Virus record (IMG/VR): IMGVR_UViG_3300025528_000027
Span: 1-32,072 of that record
Length of the DNA stretch: 32,072 nt
Origin: a virus
Lineage: Duplodnaviria; Caudoviricetes
Reading direction: 5' to 3' (one strand)
Made by a program: the position numbers and the translations under genes. This document shows, in pieces, positions 32,039 to 32,072 of the stretch (positions are counted from its first letter, which is position 1; each line of letters starts with the position of its first letter). The notes beneath the pieces are model-generated. The model saw nothing but the letters and a program-made list of their open reading frames with translations. It had not been told where the DNA came from and searched no databases.

Positions 32039-32072
32039 GGCATTACCGGTTCGCAACACTCCGGGAACTCGC

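Larger units (their letters stand above)
108..32072 (+). mobile_element. Temperate siphophage/prophage region (replication through tail tip); boundaries not defined
   Basis: Continuous lambdoid-style order of replication, nin, lysis, packaging, head and non-contractile tail genes. No integrase or att site is visible. Confidence 0.9.

Noticed and set aside
126-32041. 11-bp direct repeat GGGGTCATGGC near both window ends (126-136 and 32031-32041) as possible attL/attR
   Set aside because: It is short and GC-rich, one copy overlaps the HTH start codon, there is no integrase or tRNA target, and it would exclude essential early genes. Probably chance.

Overview
The window holds most of a GC-rich temperate siphophage or prophage genome, nearly all on the + strand. 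The host is probably a proteobacterium, possibly Xanthomonadales-like (inference from composition and gene families). Gene order: replication initiator with iterons and DnaB; a nin-like region (DNA MTase, NinB, Ref-like nuclease, resolvase, dATP/dGTP diphosphohydrolase-like protein, DEDD exonuclease); a Q-like gene with late terminators; holin, SAR endolysin, Rz/Rz1; HNH, cos-like gap, TerS, TerL; prohead protease, tRNA-Thr(UGU), HK97-fold capsid, portal; head-tail genes; tail tube, frameshifted chaperone, tape measure; and a DUF2460/DUF2163/NlpC-P60 tail tip. No integrase or repressor is visible. The strongest candidate for a new system is a translationally coupled four-gene cassette at 17691-20128 (Maf/GT29/GT42-like enzyme, SAM methyltransferase, two GT-A glycosyltransferases) inside the head-tail operon. 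It co-occurs with an exact D-S-D-G tetrapeptide found five times, with different Ser codons, in the major capsid, head-tail connector and tail tube, which suggests sequon-directed virion glycosylation. Other notable items are structured RNA leaders before the capsid, tail tube and chaperone genes, a split mosaic central tail protein, and the start of an AbiEi-like gene at the left edge. All family calls are from motif recognition by eye; no searches were run.
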